Shown: positions 18,525-28,555, counted from the stretch's first letter. The stretch is 64,000 nucleotides of DNA from an uncultured Chloroflexia bacterium (GCA_963734535.1 CAVTHS010000008.1:480001-544000), one strand, 5' to 3'. A program made the numbers and translations. The notes: generated from the sequence alone by a model not told the origin.

Positions 18525-19304
18525 ATGGACGGACGCGTGAAATCACCCCCTATCGAAGCCCGCCGAGCCCTGCTGCTCCACGATCGCCCGCTGATGGTGA
18601 ATCTCATCACCCTGACGCTGAACCACGGCGTGTTCGACGTCCGGGCCGCGAGCAGTTTCGCCGAGGCGAAGGCGATCATGGCGGAGTGGCGCCCGAACAT
18701 CTCCCTGATCGACATGGACCACGACGACAGCACGGCGCTCCTCAAGCTCCTGGGCGCCTCCAACGCGATGCGGAGAATCGGGACGCCGGTCCTCGGGCTG
18801 ACCACGAGGGGCGACCTCAGGACGAAGCTCGCAGCGTTCGACCTCGGCGTCGACGACATCCTGGCAATACCCTTCTCGCCCGAAGAGCTGCTCGCGCGCA
18901 CCATCGTGATCACGAGGAGGTCGTTGGGCGTCGACCTGCCGCTCATTCCCGTCATCCGGCTCGGCGAGATCGACGTCGACATCGTCAACCGCGAGGTGCG
19001 CGCGGGCACCTCGGTCGTGCAGCTGACACCGATCGAGCAGAGCCTGCTCTACCTCCTGGCCAGCTGCGGTGGTCGCGTCGTGACGCACGAGGAGATCCTC
19101 GACGCGATCTGGGGCACCGACTTCGTGGCCGAGAGCAACATCGTCGACCGCCACGTCCGGAGCCTGCGCGTCAAGCTCCATGACGACTACAGGCATCCGC
19201 GCTTCATCGCGACGGTCCAGAACAAGGGCTACCGCTTCATCCCAACGTTTTCCGACGCCGGGTCGGGTGAGGCGCCGCACGCGAGCGGGCACGCCCGCAA
19301 CTGA
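18525..19304 (+). CDS. OmpR/PhoB family response regulator (orphan, atypical receiver)
   Basis: receiver plus winged helix (LTPIE--LL-LL, IWG, SNIVDRHVRSLR-KL, FI-TV--KGYRF). Confidence 0.88.
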   Translation: MDGRVKSPPIEARRALLLHDRPLMVNLITLTLNHGVFDVRAASSFAEAKAIMAEWRPNISLIDMDHDDSTALLKLLGASNAMRRIGTPVLGLTTRGDLRTKLAAFDLGVDDILAIPFSPEELLARTIVITRRSLGVDLPLIPVIRLGEIDVDIVNREVRAGTSVVQLTPIEQSLLYLLASCGGRVVTHEEILDAIWGTDFVAESNIVDRHVRSLRVKLHDDYRHPRFIATVQNKGYRFIPTFSDAGSGEAPHASGHARN

Positions 19305-19373
19305 GCACCGCCCGCGCCGCGAACCGCCGCCCGGGACCTGCCGCGCGCGTGCGCTGCCCGGCGGACGAGCCGG

Positions 19374-19937
19374 CTACCTCGCCACGCGGTAGCGGAGGTA
19401 GACGACGCTCGAGCCGAAGGTGCGGGTCTCGACGAGCTCGAGATCCACCCGGCGCTCGCGCTGCGGAAAGAACGGAATGCCACCGCCAACCAGCACCGGG
19501 TAGACCATTGCCCGGTACTCGTCGATCAGACCCAACGCGGCAGCCTCGGCGGCCAGCGTCGCGCCGCCGATCGCGATGTCGCCCTCCCCCGGCTCGGCTC
19601 GCAACCGCTCGATCTCCTCCGCCAGGCCGCCGGAGGCCAGGCGGGCATTGCCCTGCACCGCCGACAGCGTGGTGGAGAACACCACCTTGGGGAGCGGCTT
19701 CCAGAGCGCGGCCCACTCGACCTCTGCGTCGTCGAGCGATTGATCCTCGTCGGCGGTCTCCCAGTACAGCATCGTCTCGTACAGCCGTCGTCCCATCAGG
19801 TGGACGCCGACCTCTCGAATCTCGTCGATCCAGAAGCGAAAGACCTCCCCGTCGGGCACGGTCCAGTCGAAGCCGCCGTCCGGCCCGACGATGTAACCGT
19901 CAAGCGAGACGCCCATCGAGTAGGTCACGCTGCGCAT
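19374..19937 (-). CDS. dihydrofolate reductase-like (RibD C-terminal) protein
   Basis: VSLDGYI-GPDG-FDW, LMGRRLYE, KVVFSTTL, IGGATLA, GLIDEY, PVLVGGG. Confidence 0.88.
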   Translation of the reverse strand: MRSVTYSMGVSLDGYIVGPDGGFDWTVPDGEVFRFWIDEIREVGVHLMGRRLYETMLYWETADEDQSLDDAEVEWAALWKPLPKVVFSTTLSAVQGNARLASGGLAEEIERLRAEPGEGDIAIGGATLAAEAAALGLIDEYRAMVYPVLVGGGIPFFPQRERRVDLELVETRTFGSSVVYLRYRVAR

Positions 19938-20092
19938 CGGAGTCCTCCTTGGTGAGGGTTCGACAATACGACCGCCCGACGCCGCAGCTATGCGGCGGCC
20001 GCCTGAGAATCCGGCCGATCTGACCCCACCGGCGGGGCATCCCGTGGCTGAATCTGCGCAGGCCATTGCCGCGATGGCGCTTGTGCTCGACG

Positions 20093-20416
20093 CTACGGGC
20101 CGGCGGTGGGCGCGGGAAGAGTCGTGTCGCGGCGTCCGTCGCTGAACTCGATGAGCAACCATGCCAGGTCTGCGGGGATGAGATACCAGCCTCCGATGAA
20201 GCCGAGCAGGAGCAGGACAGGCAGCAGGAAGGCTGGGAGTCTCATCCGCTCACGTCGGCCTGCAGGGTGATGCTCTCGCGTGACGATCCACGGGACGATC
20301 AGCAGGACGCCCCACAGGACCACGTAGGGCCAGCCAACGAAATTGCCCGCGAGCATGGGAAGGCCAAGTCCCGCGACCGCGAGGATCCAGGGAACGGATC
20401 GAATGCCAGGTCGCAT
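20093..20416 (-). CDS. hypothetical membrane protein
   Basis: 107 aa with 3-4 hydrophobic segments; GAGGTG RBS. Confidence 0.55.
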   Translation of the reverse strand: MRPGIRSVPWILAVAGLGLPMLAGNFVGWPYVVLWGVLLIVPWIVTREHHPAGRRERMRLPAFLLPVLLLLGFIGGWYLIPADLAWLLIEFSDGRRDTTLPAPTAGP

Positions 20417-20555
20417 AGCCCCACCTCGTCGGCGGTGATCAAACGCGGTCAGTCAGTCCGGCAGCAGGCAGAGATGTTGGGTGCTGAAGCCAGCATCATT
20501 CCGGAGGGTGTCGTCACTCGGATCGAGGCGGTCGATCGCCTGACGGGGAGTCTCG

Positions 20556-20789
20556 TCAGGGCAGGTGTCGGTTGAACGGGGATCCCGGCCCGACCTCGCG
20601 GGCGTTCGGATCAAGCCGATGTGTGTACTCGCGGCTGTAACGCTCGGAGATCGGCCAACCCGCCGCGCCGATCAGGGCGAGGACCGCGAGATACCAGAAC
20701 CCCGCGATGACCAGGGCCAGGGCGAACACCACGAGCGTGAGCCCGAACACCCACTTCACGCGGACCTTGATCGCAGCCTCCTGGCGCAC
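20556..20789 (-). CDS. hypothetical small membrane protein
   Basis: two hydrophobic helices. Confidence 0.5.
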   Translation of the reverse strand: MRQEAAIKVRVKWVFGLTLVVFALALVIAGFWYLAVLALIGAAGWPISERYSREYTHRLDPNAREVGPGSPFNRHLP

Positions 20790-20981
20790 CTGCGCCGTTC
20801 GAGCCCATCGATGAGATTCTCGGTCTCCGCTGGCGCGAAGGCAAGCGAAACCGGCCGCACGGCGAGCGGTTCGGCGGCTGTCCCGGTTCGTTCCTCCAAC
20901 GCGGTTCCCTCGAGCACTCTACCCCGACTCGTTTGCCGTCAAGGTCAGGGACGTACCAACCGGCTCAGACGCAAGAGACGC

Positions 20982-21011
20982 TTGACATGTGACTATTTCA
21001 TCACGTATTGT
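20982..21011 (+). promoter_or_regulatory. sigma70-type promoter with overlapping ArsR-like operator
   Basis: TTGACA(20982)-18 nt-TATTGT(21006); imperfect palindrome ATGTGA...TCACGT between the boxes; ATG 7 nt downstream (likely leaderless). Confidence 0.6.
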
Positions 21012-21018
21012 GACGGGC

Positions 21019-21774
21019 ATGGACCCGGTGTTCAAGGCGCTTGCCGATCCCACGCGGCGGAGCCTGCTCGACGAGCTCTTCCGTGAGGATGGGCAGACCC
21101 TGAGCGCGCTCGAAGGGCGCTTCTCGATGTCGCGCTTCGGCGTGATGCGGCACCTGCGATTGCTCGAGGAGGCGGGCCTGATCGTCACCCGGCGACGCGG
21201 CCGCGAGAAGCTTCACTTCCTGAACCCGGTCCCGATCCGGCTCGTCCACGACCGGTGGGTGAGCAAGTACGCCGAGCCCTGGGCGAGTGCGCTCAGCGAC
21301 CTCAAGAGCAGATTGGAGCGTCCCATGGAAAAGGTGTTCGAGATCTACATCAAGACGACCCCGGAGCGCCTCTGGGAGGCGATCACCGATCCCGAGATCC
21401 GGAGCAAGTACAACTTCGGCGCGCGGATCGAGTCCGACTTCACGGTCGGGTCGACCATGCGGCAGCTCACGCCGATCGGTGCCGTGCTCGGCGAGGGCGT
21501 GAATCTCGAGGTGGACCCGCCGCGCCGGCTCGTCCAGAGCATGGTCGCGCTGTGGGGCGAGGACGTGAAAGCCGAAGGCACATCACGGATCACGTGGGAG
21601 ATCCAGCCGATCGCGCCCGACTCGTGCCGGCTGACCGTAACCCATGACCAGCTGCGCGAGGGCGCCAACGAGCAGCTCTACGGCGGCTGGCCGATGATCC
21701 TCTCGGGCCTGAAGACGTGGCTCGAGTCCGGCGAGCTTCTCACCACGCCGGGGTCGCTTCTGTACGCCGGCTGA
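21019..21774 (+). CDS. ArsR-family regulator fused to SRPBCC/AHA1 domain
   Basis: VFKALADPTRR-LLD-L, HL--LEEAGL, LNPVPI; then YIKTTPERLWEAITDP, LEVDPPRRL, GGWP-ILSGLKT-LE. Confidence 0.9.
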   Translation: MDPVFKALADPTRRSLLDELFREDGQTLSALEGRFSMSRFGVMRHLRLLEEAGLIVTRRRGREKLHFLNPVPIRLVHDRWVSKYAEPWASALSDLKSRLERPMEKVFEIYIKTTPERLWEAITDPEIRSKYNFGARIESDFTVGSTMRQLTPIGAVLGEGVNLEVDPPRRLVQSMVALWGEDVKAEGTSRITWEIQPIAPDSCRLTVTHDQLREGANEQLYGGWPMILSGLKTWLESGELLTTPGSLLYAG

Positions 21775-21829
21775 GCCGGCAACCGCCGCGGGCGCGCCGT
21801 TCGGCACCGCCGCGTAGTGCAGACGTGGC

Positions 21830-22453
21830 TCAGCTGCCCGCCGGCGGTGCCGTCCCGGGTTCCACCATGACGAGGTCATACGAACCATCGGCGTACTGCC
21901 GGACGATCGTGACCCGCGCCGAGCCGGTCACCTTCGGACCGTGGTCGTCCCACTCCACCGATTGCTCGCCGGCATCGGCGAGGATCCTCCGGCAGTCCGC
22001 AGCGGTGATCGTCCCCTCGACCTTCCCGCGCCGCCCCATCCACGAGCGGACCGCGCGGACTGCCTGGATCGCCCCGATGACCTGGATCACGAACTGGACC
22101 GGGTCGGACCGGAGGACCTGCTCGGTGGCCCCGATCGCCTGGACCAGGAGGTCGAGCGAGCCCGGGCTCGCGTCCACCACGCGGAATCCCGCCTCGCCGA
22201 TCCGGAGCGGCCGCGGGCGGTCGTCCGCCTGGTCGGCGCCACGCCCCGTCTCGCGCCGCGCCTCCCGGTCGAACTCGATCAGCCGGTAGCCCACCTCCGA
22301 GAGCAGCGGCGGATCGAACTCCCAGAACAGGTACGTCTCCGCCGGGCCCTGATCACGCATCGCGCGATCGAGCTGCGCCGCCCGGGCGAGCAGGGCGTCG
22401 GCAACGCGGCTCGGCTGCCGCGGCCGCTCGTCGCCGGTCACCGCTTCGCCCAA
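21830..22453 (-). CDS. hypothetical protein
   Basis: 207-aa ORF with normal composition and no recognised motif. Confidence 0.5.
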   Translation of the reverse strand: MGEAVTGDERPRQPSRVADALLARAAQLDRAMRDQGPAETYLFWEFDPPLLSEVGYRLIEFDREARRETGRGADQADDRPRPLRIGEAGFRVVDASPGSLDLLVQAIGATEQVLRSDPVQFVIQVIGAIQAVRAVRSWMGRRGKVEGTITAADCRRILADAGEQSVEWDDHGPKVTGSARVTIVRQYADGSYDLVMVEPGTAPPAGS

Positions 22454-22662
22454 TTGTCATCGCGCGCGGTGCTGGCCGCGAGCGCCGCCGCGATCTCGAG
22501 TCCCGGCGCCACCGACCCGCTGTCACCCGCGAGCACCTGGTGGTGCCCCGGTGCGACGTAGCTGATCCGCTGCTTGCCCGTCACTGGTGCCTCCCCGATT
22601 CGCCTGGTCGCGGCGTGGGCGCCATCGTAAGATCGTCGGGCCCGGGGAGCGAGGAGGAATTC

Positions 22663-23526
22663 ATCGCACGCATCGCCGTCGTCACCGATTCCACTGCCGA
22701 CCTGGCGCCCGCTGCCGCTGCGGCCGCCGGGATCCGGGTGGTGCCGCTGTTCGTGCGCTTCGGGACCGACGAGCTCCGGGTCGGGGTGGACATCACCACG
22801 GAGCAGTTCTGGGCACGGATGCTCGCGCCCGGAGCTCCCTTCCCGGCGACCGCGGCGCCGTCCCCGGGCACCTTCGGGGAGACGTTCGAAGCGTGCTTCG
22901 CGGAGGGCGCCGAGGCGATCATCTGCCCCACGATCGGCTCGAAGCTGTCGGCCACGTTCCAGAGCGCAACGCTGGCCGCCCAGGCGCTTCCGGATCGCGA
23001 GATCCACGTCATCGACACCGGATCGACGTCGATGTCCACCGGGATCCCGGCGCTGCTCGCGGTCGAGATGGCGGCGGCCGGCGCGTCGGGAGCCGAGATC
23101 GCAGCGCGCGTCCGCGACCGCCTTCCCGATGTCGACCTCTACGTCGCCGTCGACACGCTCGACTATCTCCGGAAGGGCGGCCGTCTCTCGCCGGCACGCG
23201 CCGCCATCGGCACGCTCCTTTCGGTCAAGCCGATCATCACCGTGATCGACGGGCTCGTGGTGATGGCCGAGCGGCCGCGGACCCGGGCCAGGGCCCGCGA
23301 ACGCGTCGTGGAGCTCATCACCGCAGCGCCGATCGAGCGGATCGCCTTCCTCCACACGTCGACCAGCACGCCGGACGAGATCCGGGCGTTCTGCGACCGG
23401 GTCCTCGCGCGGATTCCCGGCGGCGTCGACCCGGACCGCATCTCCGCCGGCCTGATCGGGGCGTCAACCGGTCCGCATCTCGGGCCGGACCTCATGGGCG
23501 CCGCGTTCCTTCGTCGGCGAACGTAG
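22663..23526 (+). CDS. DegV family fatty-acid-binding protein; apparent ATC start
   Basis: RIAVVTDSTADL, TAAPSPG, SKLSAT-QSA, VIDT, DTLDYLRKGGR, GTLLSVKPII, HLGP; GAGGAGG 5 nt before ATC. Confidence 0.88.
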   Translation: MARIAVVTDSTADLAPAAAAAAGIRVVPLFVRFGTDELRVGVDITTEQFWARMLAPGAPFPATAAPSPGTFGETFEACFAEGAEAIICPTIGSKLSATFQSATLAAQALPDREIHVIDTGSTSMSTGIPALLAVEMAAAGASGAEIAARVRDRLPDVDLYVAVDTLDYLRKGGRLSPARAAIGTLLSVKPIITVIDGLVVMAERPRTRARARERVVELITAAPIERIAFLHTSTSTPDEIRAFCDRVLARIPGGVDPDRISAGLIGASTGPHLGPDLMGAAFLRRRT

Positions 23527-23568
23527 CCGTCCGGGGGCGCCGCCGCGAAGGAAGCAGGGGAGGTGATG

Positions 23569-23614
23569 CGTCCGGGTCGGCGAAACGTCCGGGGTCGGCG
23601 AAACGTCCGGGGTC
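23569..23614 (+). repeat. tandem 18-bp repeat CGTCCGGGGTCGGCGAAA (~2.6 copies)
   Basis: read directly between convergent genes. Confidence 0.8.
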
Positions 23615-23617
23615 TGC

Positions 23618-24010
23618 CTAGCCGGCGCCGGGAACCGGTCCCTCGCGGAGGCCGAACACATTGCCGTCCGGGTCCGCGAACCAGGCTCCGCGAGCCGGAC
23701 CGATCTGGGCGATGAAGTTGACCGTCTTCGGCGTCTCGTATTCCTCGAAGGTGACGCCGCGCGAGGTCAGGTCGCCGATGATCGCCTCGAGGTCGTCGAC
23801 CTCGAAGTGGGCCACCGTCTGGCCGGCGTTCGGCTGGCCGCGCCTGACGCCGATCTGCGACCCCTTCCCTGCGCCAAGGCGGAAGGAGAACGGCGTGTCC
23901 TCGAGCAGAGGCAGGCCCACCTGCTCCGTGAAGAATTGCTTCGCGCGGTCAAGGTCGGTCACGGCGACGGTTGGAACCACGAGTGAGTCGGTAAGCACGG
24001 TGTCTTTCAC
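23618..24010 (-). CDS. VOC/glyoxalase family protein
   Basis: V-DLDRAK-FF---GL, FEVDDL, L--RGV-FE, AWF-DPDGN. Confidence 0.88.
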   Translation of the reverse strand: MKDTVLTDSLVVPTVAVTDLDRAKQFFTEQVGLPLLEDTPFSFRLGAGKGSQIGVRRGQPNAGQTVAHFEVDDLEAIIGDLTSRGVTFEEYETPKTVNFIAQIGPARGAWFADPDGNVFGLREGPVPGAG

Positions 24011-24055
24011 CTCGGGAAGATGCGAGCCTTCAGCAGGCGGCGTGGGTCTCGCGGC

Positions 24056-24349
24056 CTAGCCTGTCCGGGCCACGATCGACGCCATCGCGTCTGCGTCGAA
24101 GGCGCGCATCGTGGTCGTCCGGAGGTTGCCGGCCGAGCCGAGCGCGAGCGCGAACGCCGTCGCCGATTCCTCGTCCGGGAACTCCGTGACGGAGACCAGG
24201 TCGTACGGCCCGATGGTCCACCAGATCGACTCGATGCGGCCGCCGAACTTCGCGGCCAGCCCGTTTGCTGCGCTGGCCCTCGCGACCGTGTCCTTGTAGT
24301 CCTTGATCCCCTTCTCGGTCCAGTTGATCAGCGAGACATACCTGGCCAT
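24056..24349 (-). CDS. GYD domain-containing protein
   Basis: Y--L-NWT-KG, WWTIGPYD, GN-RT-TMRAF. Confidence 0.88.
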   Translation of the reverse strand: MARYVSLINWTEKGIKDYKDTVARASAANGLAAKFGGRIESIWWTIGPYDLVSVTEFPDEESATAFALALGSAGNLRTTTMRAFDADAMASIVARTG

Positions 24350-24464
24350 GATCGGGACCCCCCACTGGCGCCGTCAGAGGGACGCGGCGCGCTCGCGAGA
24401 TCCTGCGCGAACGCGACCCCGAAGTCCAGCGGGTGATCCACCACGCGCTGTCGCTCGATCGGCG

Positions 24465-26135
24465 TCAGCGCTTCGATTGCCCGCCCCAGTGGGACCCGCC
24501 CGTCGTGTCGAGCCGCACGACCCACGTCGCGTTCGCGACGTCGTGGAGGAGCGGCACCAGGAGGACCGTCCCGGCCACCGAGGGGGTGTCGATCTCGTAT
24601 CCGGCGAACGACGATGCCGGGAGGTCGCCGCCGCTGTGAAGGACGACCTGGCCGACGGGGGGCCCACTCTGCCCGGGATCGAACCGCGTCGGGTCGGTCG
24701 CGACGAGCCGCGTCAGGGGCACATCGAGGTCGAGGGCGAGCCGCGCACGGATGTTGCCGGGCACCGAGAAGATGTCCGGTCGCTCGCGGTCGCCGAGCGG
24801 CGCGGTCCCCGGCCAATCGCGCGCCGAGAGGAAGCCCGCGAGCTCGTGCCGCAGCACCGGCTCCGCGATGTCCGCCGATCGGGCCAGTGCCTGGAACCGC
24901 GCGAGCGTCGCCTGGGTCGGCGCGTCGAGGGGGCCGAGCGTCGGTGACCCGATGAGGGCCGCGCCGGCACCGACCACCACCAGGGCGCACGCTGCGATGA
25001 CCCGGGCCGTGAAGCCCCGGCCCGGGACGAGCGCCGCTCGGTGTGCCCGGGCGTCCGTGCGCCCCCGACGGTCCCACCATCGCCGCAGCCCAGCACCGGC
25101 GAGCGACGCGAGCGAGCCGATCCCGATGGCCGCCGCGACGAGGATGACGGCCTGGATCGGAAGGAGGTAGCGCGGATCCGCGAATCGCCCGCTCGCGGCG
25201 ATGGCGATGAGGAACACCCCCATGCCCGGGCCGAGCGCGACGAGCGCGACGAGGATCGGCCACGCCCGTCGACGGATGAGAGCGACGACGCCGACCACGG
25301 CGAGGACGGACAGGATGGGCAGCCCCAGCGGGACGCCGATCACCTGCCGCGCGGCGCTCCACGCATCCGGGAGCGCGCCGGCTCGCGCCAGCGCATCGCC
25401 ATAGGCCGCCGAGACACGCGCCCAGTAGAGCGGGTCGCCGGTCAGCAGGGCGTCGTGGACGAGCATCACGGGCAGCGCGAAGAGGCCGATCCCGATCCGC
25501 CAGGATCCGGGTGGAACGGCTGCGCGCAGCCGGGCTCGACCGGCGGACCAATTCCGAGGCCAGCCCAGGCCGTCGCGGCTGGCCAGCCAGCGAACGAGGA
25601 CCGCGCCCAGGGCGAGCCCGATGAGCAGCACCGTCTCGAGCCGGGCGAGGGTGGCGAGGCCGAGCAGGAGCCCGGCGAGGCCCCAGCGCGGTCGGGGTGC
25701 GAGCACCGCGAGCGCCGCCGCGAACCAGAGGCCGAGCGCCCACGGGCTCGCGAGGCCCCACGCCGTCTCGAGGAGGAGCGCGGGCGACGTGACGAGGAGG
25801 GCGCCCATGGCGGCACCACCCGCGATCCCGGCGAAGCGCGCTGCGAGCGCGGTCCCCAGCCCGACTGCGCTCGCCCAGGCGAGGATCGAGACGATGGATA
25901 CCAGCAGCCACCCGCCGGCCGCGTGGGCGAGGCCGAGCGCGAGCGTCAGGAGCGGCTTCGGTGTCGTACCGAGGCCTCCCTCGAGATGGCGTCCGCTGAC
26001 GAGGCGATCGAAATGGAGCACGGATGCGAACGTGTCATAGGCGAGCGGCGGCCCGAGCGTCGGCCGGATAGCGGCCAGCGCGACGACGACGGCGACGCCC
26101 GCTGCGCCGATCGCGAGCAGGTGGCTCGTCCGCAT
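24465..26135 (-). CDS. polytopic membrane protein, possible GT-C-fold glycosyltransferase
   Basis: >10 TM helices, YD in first loop, TTPKPL, LA-LARLE, RYLLP; soluble C-terminal domain; start may extend to 26210. Confidence 0.55.
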   Translation of the reverse strand: MRTSHLLAIGAAGVAVVVALAAIRPTLGPPLAYDTFASVLHFDRLVSGRHLEGGLGTTPKPLLTLALGLAHAAGGWLLVSIVSILAWASAVGLGTALAARFAGIAGGAAMGALLVTSPALLLETAWGLASPWALGLWFAAALAVLAPRPRWGLAGLLLGLATLARLETVLLIGLALGAVLVRWLASRDGLGWPRNWSAGRARLRAAVPPGSWRIGIGLFALPVMLVHDALLTGDPLYWARVSAAYGDALARAGALPDAWSAARQVIGVPLGLPILSVLAVVGVVALIRRRAWPILVALVALGPGMGVFLIAIAASGRFADPRYLLPIQAVILVAAAIGIGSLASLAGAGLRRWWDRRGRTDARAHRAALVPGRGFTARVIAACALVVVGAGAALIGSPTLGPLDAPTQATLARFQALARSADIAEPVLRHELAGFLSARDWPGTAPLGDRERPDIFSVPGNIRARLALDLDVPLTRLVATDPTRFDPGQSGPPVGQVVLHSGGDLPASSFAGYEIDTPSVAGTVLLVPLLHDVANATWVVRLDTTGGSHWGGQSKR

Positions 26136-26548
26136 GACGCTCGGGACGGCAATCCCGAAGCCGACGCGGAATGGGGCGAAGCGGCGCTCGAAGCTCGACA
26201 GGACGATCACCCGCGCTGAGGTTGGAGGAGGTGCAGGGGCGGACCTCGGGCCGCCAGCCGCTCTGACCGGCTCCTCCCCGCCAATCGGCCCGGCGCAGTT
26301 CCGGCGGTCCCGGCAGGCCGCGTCAAAGCCTACCGCGTGGCGACTCCGGTCGTGCGACTGGCGGTCTCACGATCGGAACCGCGTCGGCAGCTCGGCGCTG
26401 GACCGGGCAACCCGGGCCGTGCGAAGCACGGGCGTCATGGTGAAGGCGCGAGCGCTTCGCCAGGCTCAGCGCACGCCTGGAACCCCGGCCTGACAGCAAT
26501 GGGGCGCGGAATGGGCCCTGCGCCGGCTGCCGCGCCCGACAGTGAGCA

Positions 26549-26968
26549 TCAGCCGGCCCGCGTCACATCCTCCTTCAGCTCCAGGACCAGCTGCATCAGT
26601 CGATCCACGGATGGGTCGAGGAGGTCGTGGAGCACGGGGTCGACGTCGCCGAGCCCCCCCAGTCGCTCGACACGGACATCGCCGAGGCCTTCCCAGGTGA
26701 TGCCCAGCAGCCCGCTGATCCTTCGCGCCGCGTCCTGCTCCTCGCTCTGGAGGTGGAACGTGTCGGCCACTCGGGCGATTTCCGCCCGAATCTCGTCGAT
26801 CAACGCCTCCATCCGGACCCGCTGCTCGGCAGAGAACGGCGCGCGATCGCGACGATAGAGACGCCCGAAAGCGTCTTCATCCATCAGGCGGCGCACCGTC
26901 GCAAGGCGCTCCTCGAGCAGCCGCAACCTGATCGTTACGGCCCGCTCCTGGCCGGGGTTGAGGTTCAT
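26549..26968 (-). CDS. hypothetical all-helical protein, probable third gene of MutS-like operon
   Basis: 139 aa amphipathic helices, L-G-G motif; 58 bp downstream of MutS-like gene. Confidence 0.7.
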   Translation of the reverse strand: MNLNPGQERAVTIRLRLLEERLATVRRLMDEDAFGRLYRRDRAPFSAEQRVRMEALIDEIRAEIARVADTFHLQSEEQDAARRISGLLGITWEGLGDVRVERLGGLGDVDPVLHDLLDPSVDRLMQLVLELKEDVTRAG

Positions 26969-27026
26969 GCGACGCCAATGGTCGCGGGCGCAAGGCCGTG
27001 GCCCGGGCCTGCATCTCGCAACGCGC

Positions 27027-28555
27027 TCACGCGGCCTCGCCGGAGTCGGCGCTGTCAAGTCCGTCGTGGCCGAAGACCCGGCGGTAGACGTCCCGCCCGA
27101 AGCTCGTCGGCAGCGGCGGCGCTTCGCGGAGCAGGAACGGCCGCTCGCCGTCCGTCCCTCGTTCCGCCCGGAGGAAGAGAGCGTCGGGCATCCCGAGTTG
27201 ATGGAAGGTCTCGGCGAGGTCGTAGAGGTGGGTGACATAGGCGACCTTCACCCCGTGCTCGAGGAGCGCGAGCACGATTCCTCGGGCGATCTGCGAGCCT
27301 TCGCGCTCGTTTGTCGCCGAGAGCGACTCGTTGAGGAGGACGAGGCTCCGGCCGCTCACGTGATCGATGACCTCGCTCATCCGCGCGAGCTCCTCGTCGA
27401 GCTTGCCTCGCTCCAGCGTCGGGTCCTCCTCCCGCCGGAAGTGGGTCAGCACCGCGTCCCGGACATCCGCGCGATACGCGTCGGCGGCAACGAACATCCC
27501 CGCCTGCATCATGAGCTGCGCGATCCCGATGGCGCGCAGGAGCGTGGACTTTCCTCCCCCATTGGCGCCCGTGATGACCAGGAGTGCCTTGCCATCCCCA
27601 GCAACGTCGTTCCCGATCGCACGTCCGTCGATCCTGAGGCTGAGGGCCGGGTCGTAGAGCCCGCGGGCTGTGAGCGTCGCCGACCCCACGGCGGGCGGGC
27701 CAGGGAAGCACAGGGGCTCACCCTTCGCGGCGAGCACTGCGTGGAGGTTGAGACAGCCAACGTAGAAGGCGAGCTCGGTCCGAAGCTGCTCGAAGAACCT
27801 GTGGACGTGCTCGGTCGACTCGGCGAGCGCCGCCGCTGCCGATGCGAGCCCCGCATCGCGGATCTCGCTGAGCGTGTGCATCCCGGCGTCGTCGCGCGCG
27901 ACCGACCTCGTAGGCGAAGCTGCGCCGCTCCTCGAGCCCGATCCACTCGCGCCAGGTCCGGCCGTCGCGGTGCCGCCGCCGCAGCACGAGGTCGGCCGCC
28001 CGCCCTTCCGGTCCGAGACGTGCGCTCACGAGCACCCCGCGTTCGATCGCTGAGCCGTTTCACGTGCTGCTCGACGGATCGAAGGTACGTGTCGTCAAGC
28101 TCTGCTTCGACGGTCTCGAAGAAGCGGCGGAACCCCTCCGACGAGAATCGGGCGGCATGCGCCGCGGAGATCGCGCGCAGCCGTCGAAACGACCCGAGGT
28201 AGACGACGAGGGCCGCCACGGACCGGTGGACCACGGCGTCCGGGGAGCGCAGCCCGTAGCCCCAGACCTTGCGACGCTCGCCTTCCTGCGTCTCGAGCGT
28301 GAGCTGGTAGAGCTCCCGGATGACCGCCTCCTCGGCGAGCGCGTCGCGGAGCACGTCCTGCCGGTACGCGATCGAGGCGGGATCACCGGGCGCGGCGAGC
28401 AGGATGTCCCGCGCCACTTCCGCCAGGAGGCCGTCGCGCCCCGCCATCGCGCCGATGACCGTCTCGAGCTCGAGGTCGGCAATGACGGATGCGAGATGGG
28501 CGGCCGGCCGCGCGAGGACGAGGTCGCCGTCGCGGGCGGTCAGGTGCGGCCTCAC
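27027..28555 (-). CDS. MutS domain V ATPase (MutS4B-like), two frameshifts near 28048 and 27901
   Basis: I-YRQDVL-D, F-SEGF--FF, ELAFYVGCLNL, ITGANGGGKSTLLR, THFRREED, GKLDEEL, LLNES-SATNEREG, VTHLY; spread over three frames. Confidence 0.85.

Noticed and set aside
19940-20090. GGTTCGA-containing structured region as a tRNA
   Set aside because: No cloverleaf, acceptor stem or CCA could be built.
23569-23614. 18-bp tandem repeat as CRISPR or att site
   Set aside because: No spacers and no integrase nearby; a simple tandem duplication.
16400-26500. Mobile element or genomic island
   Set aside because: Accessory-looking genes, but no integrase, transposase, tRNA or terminal repeats seen.
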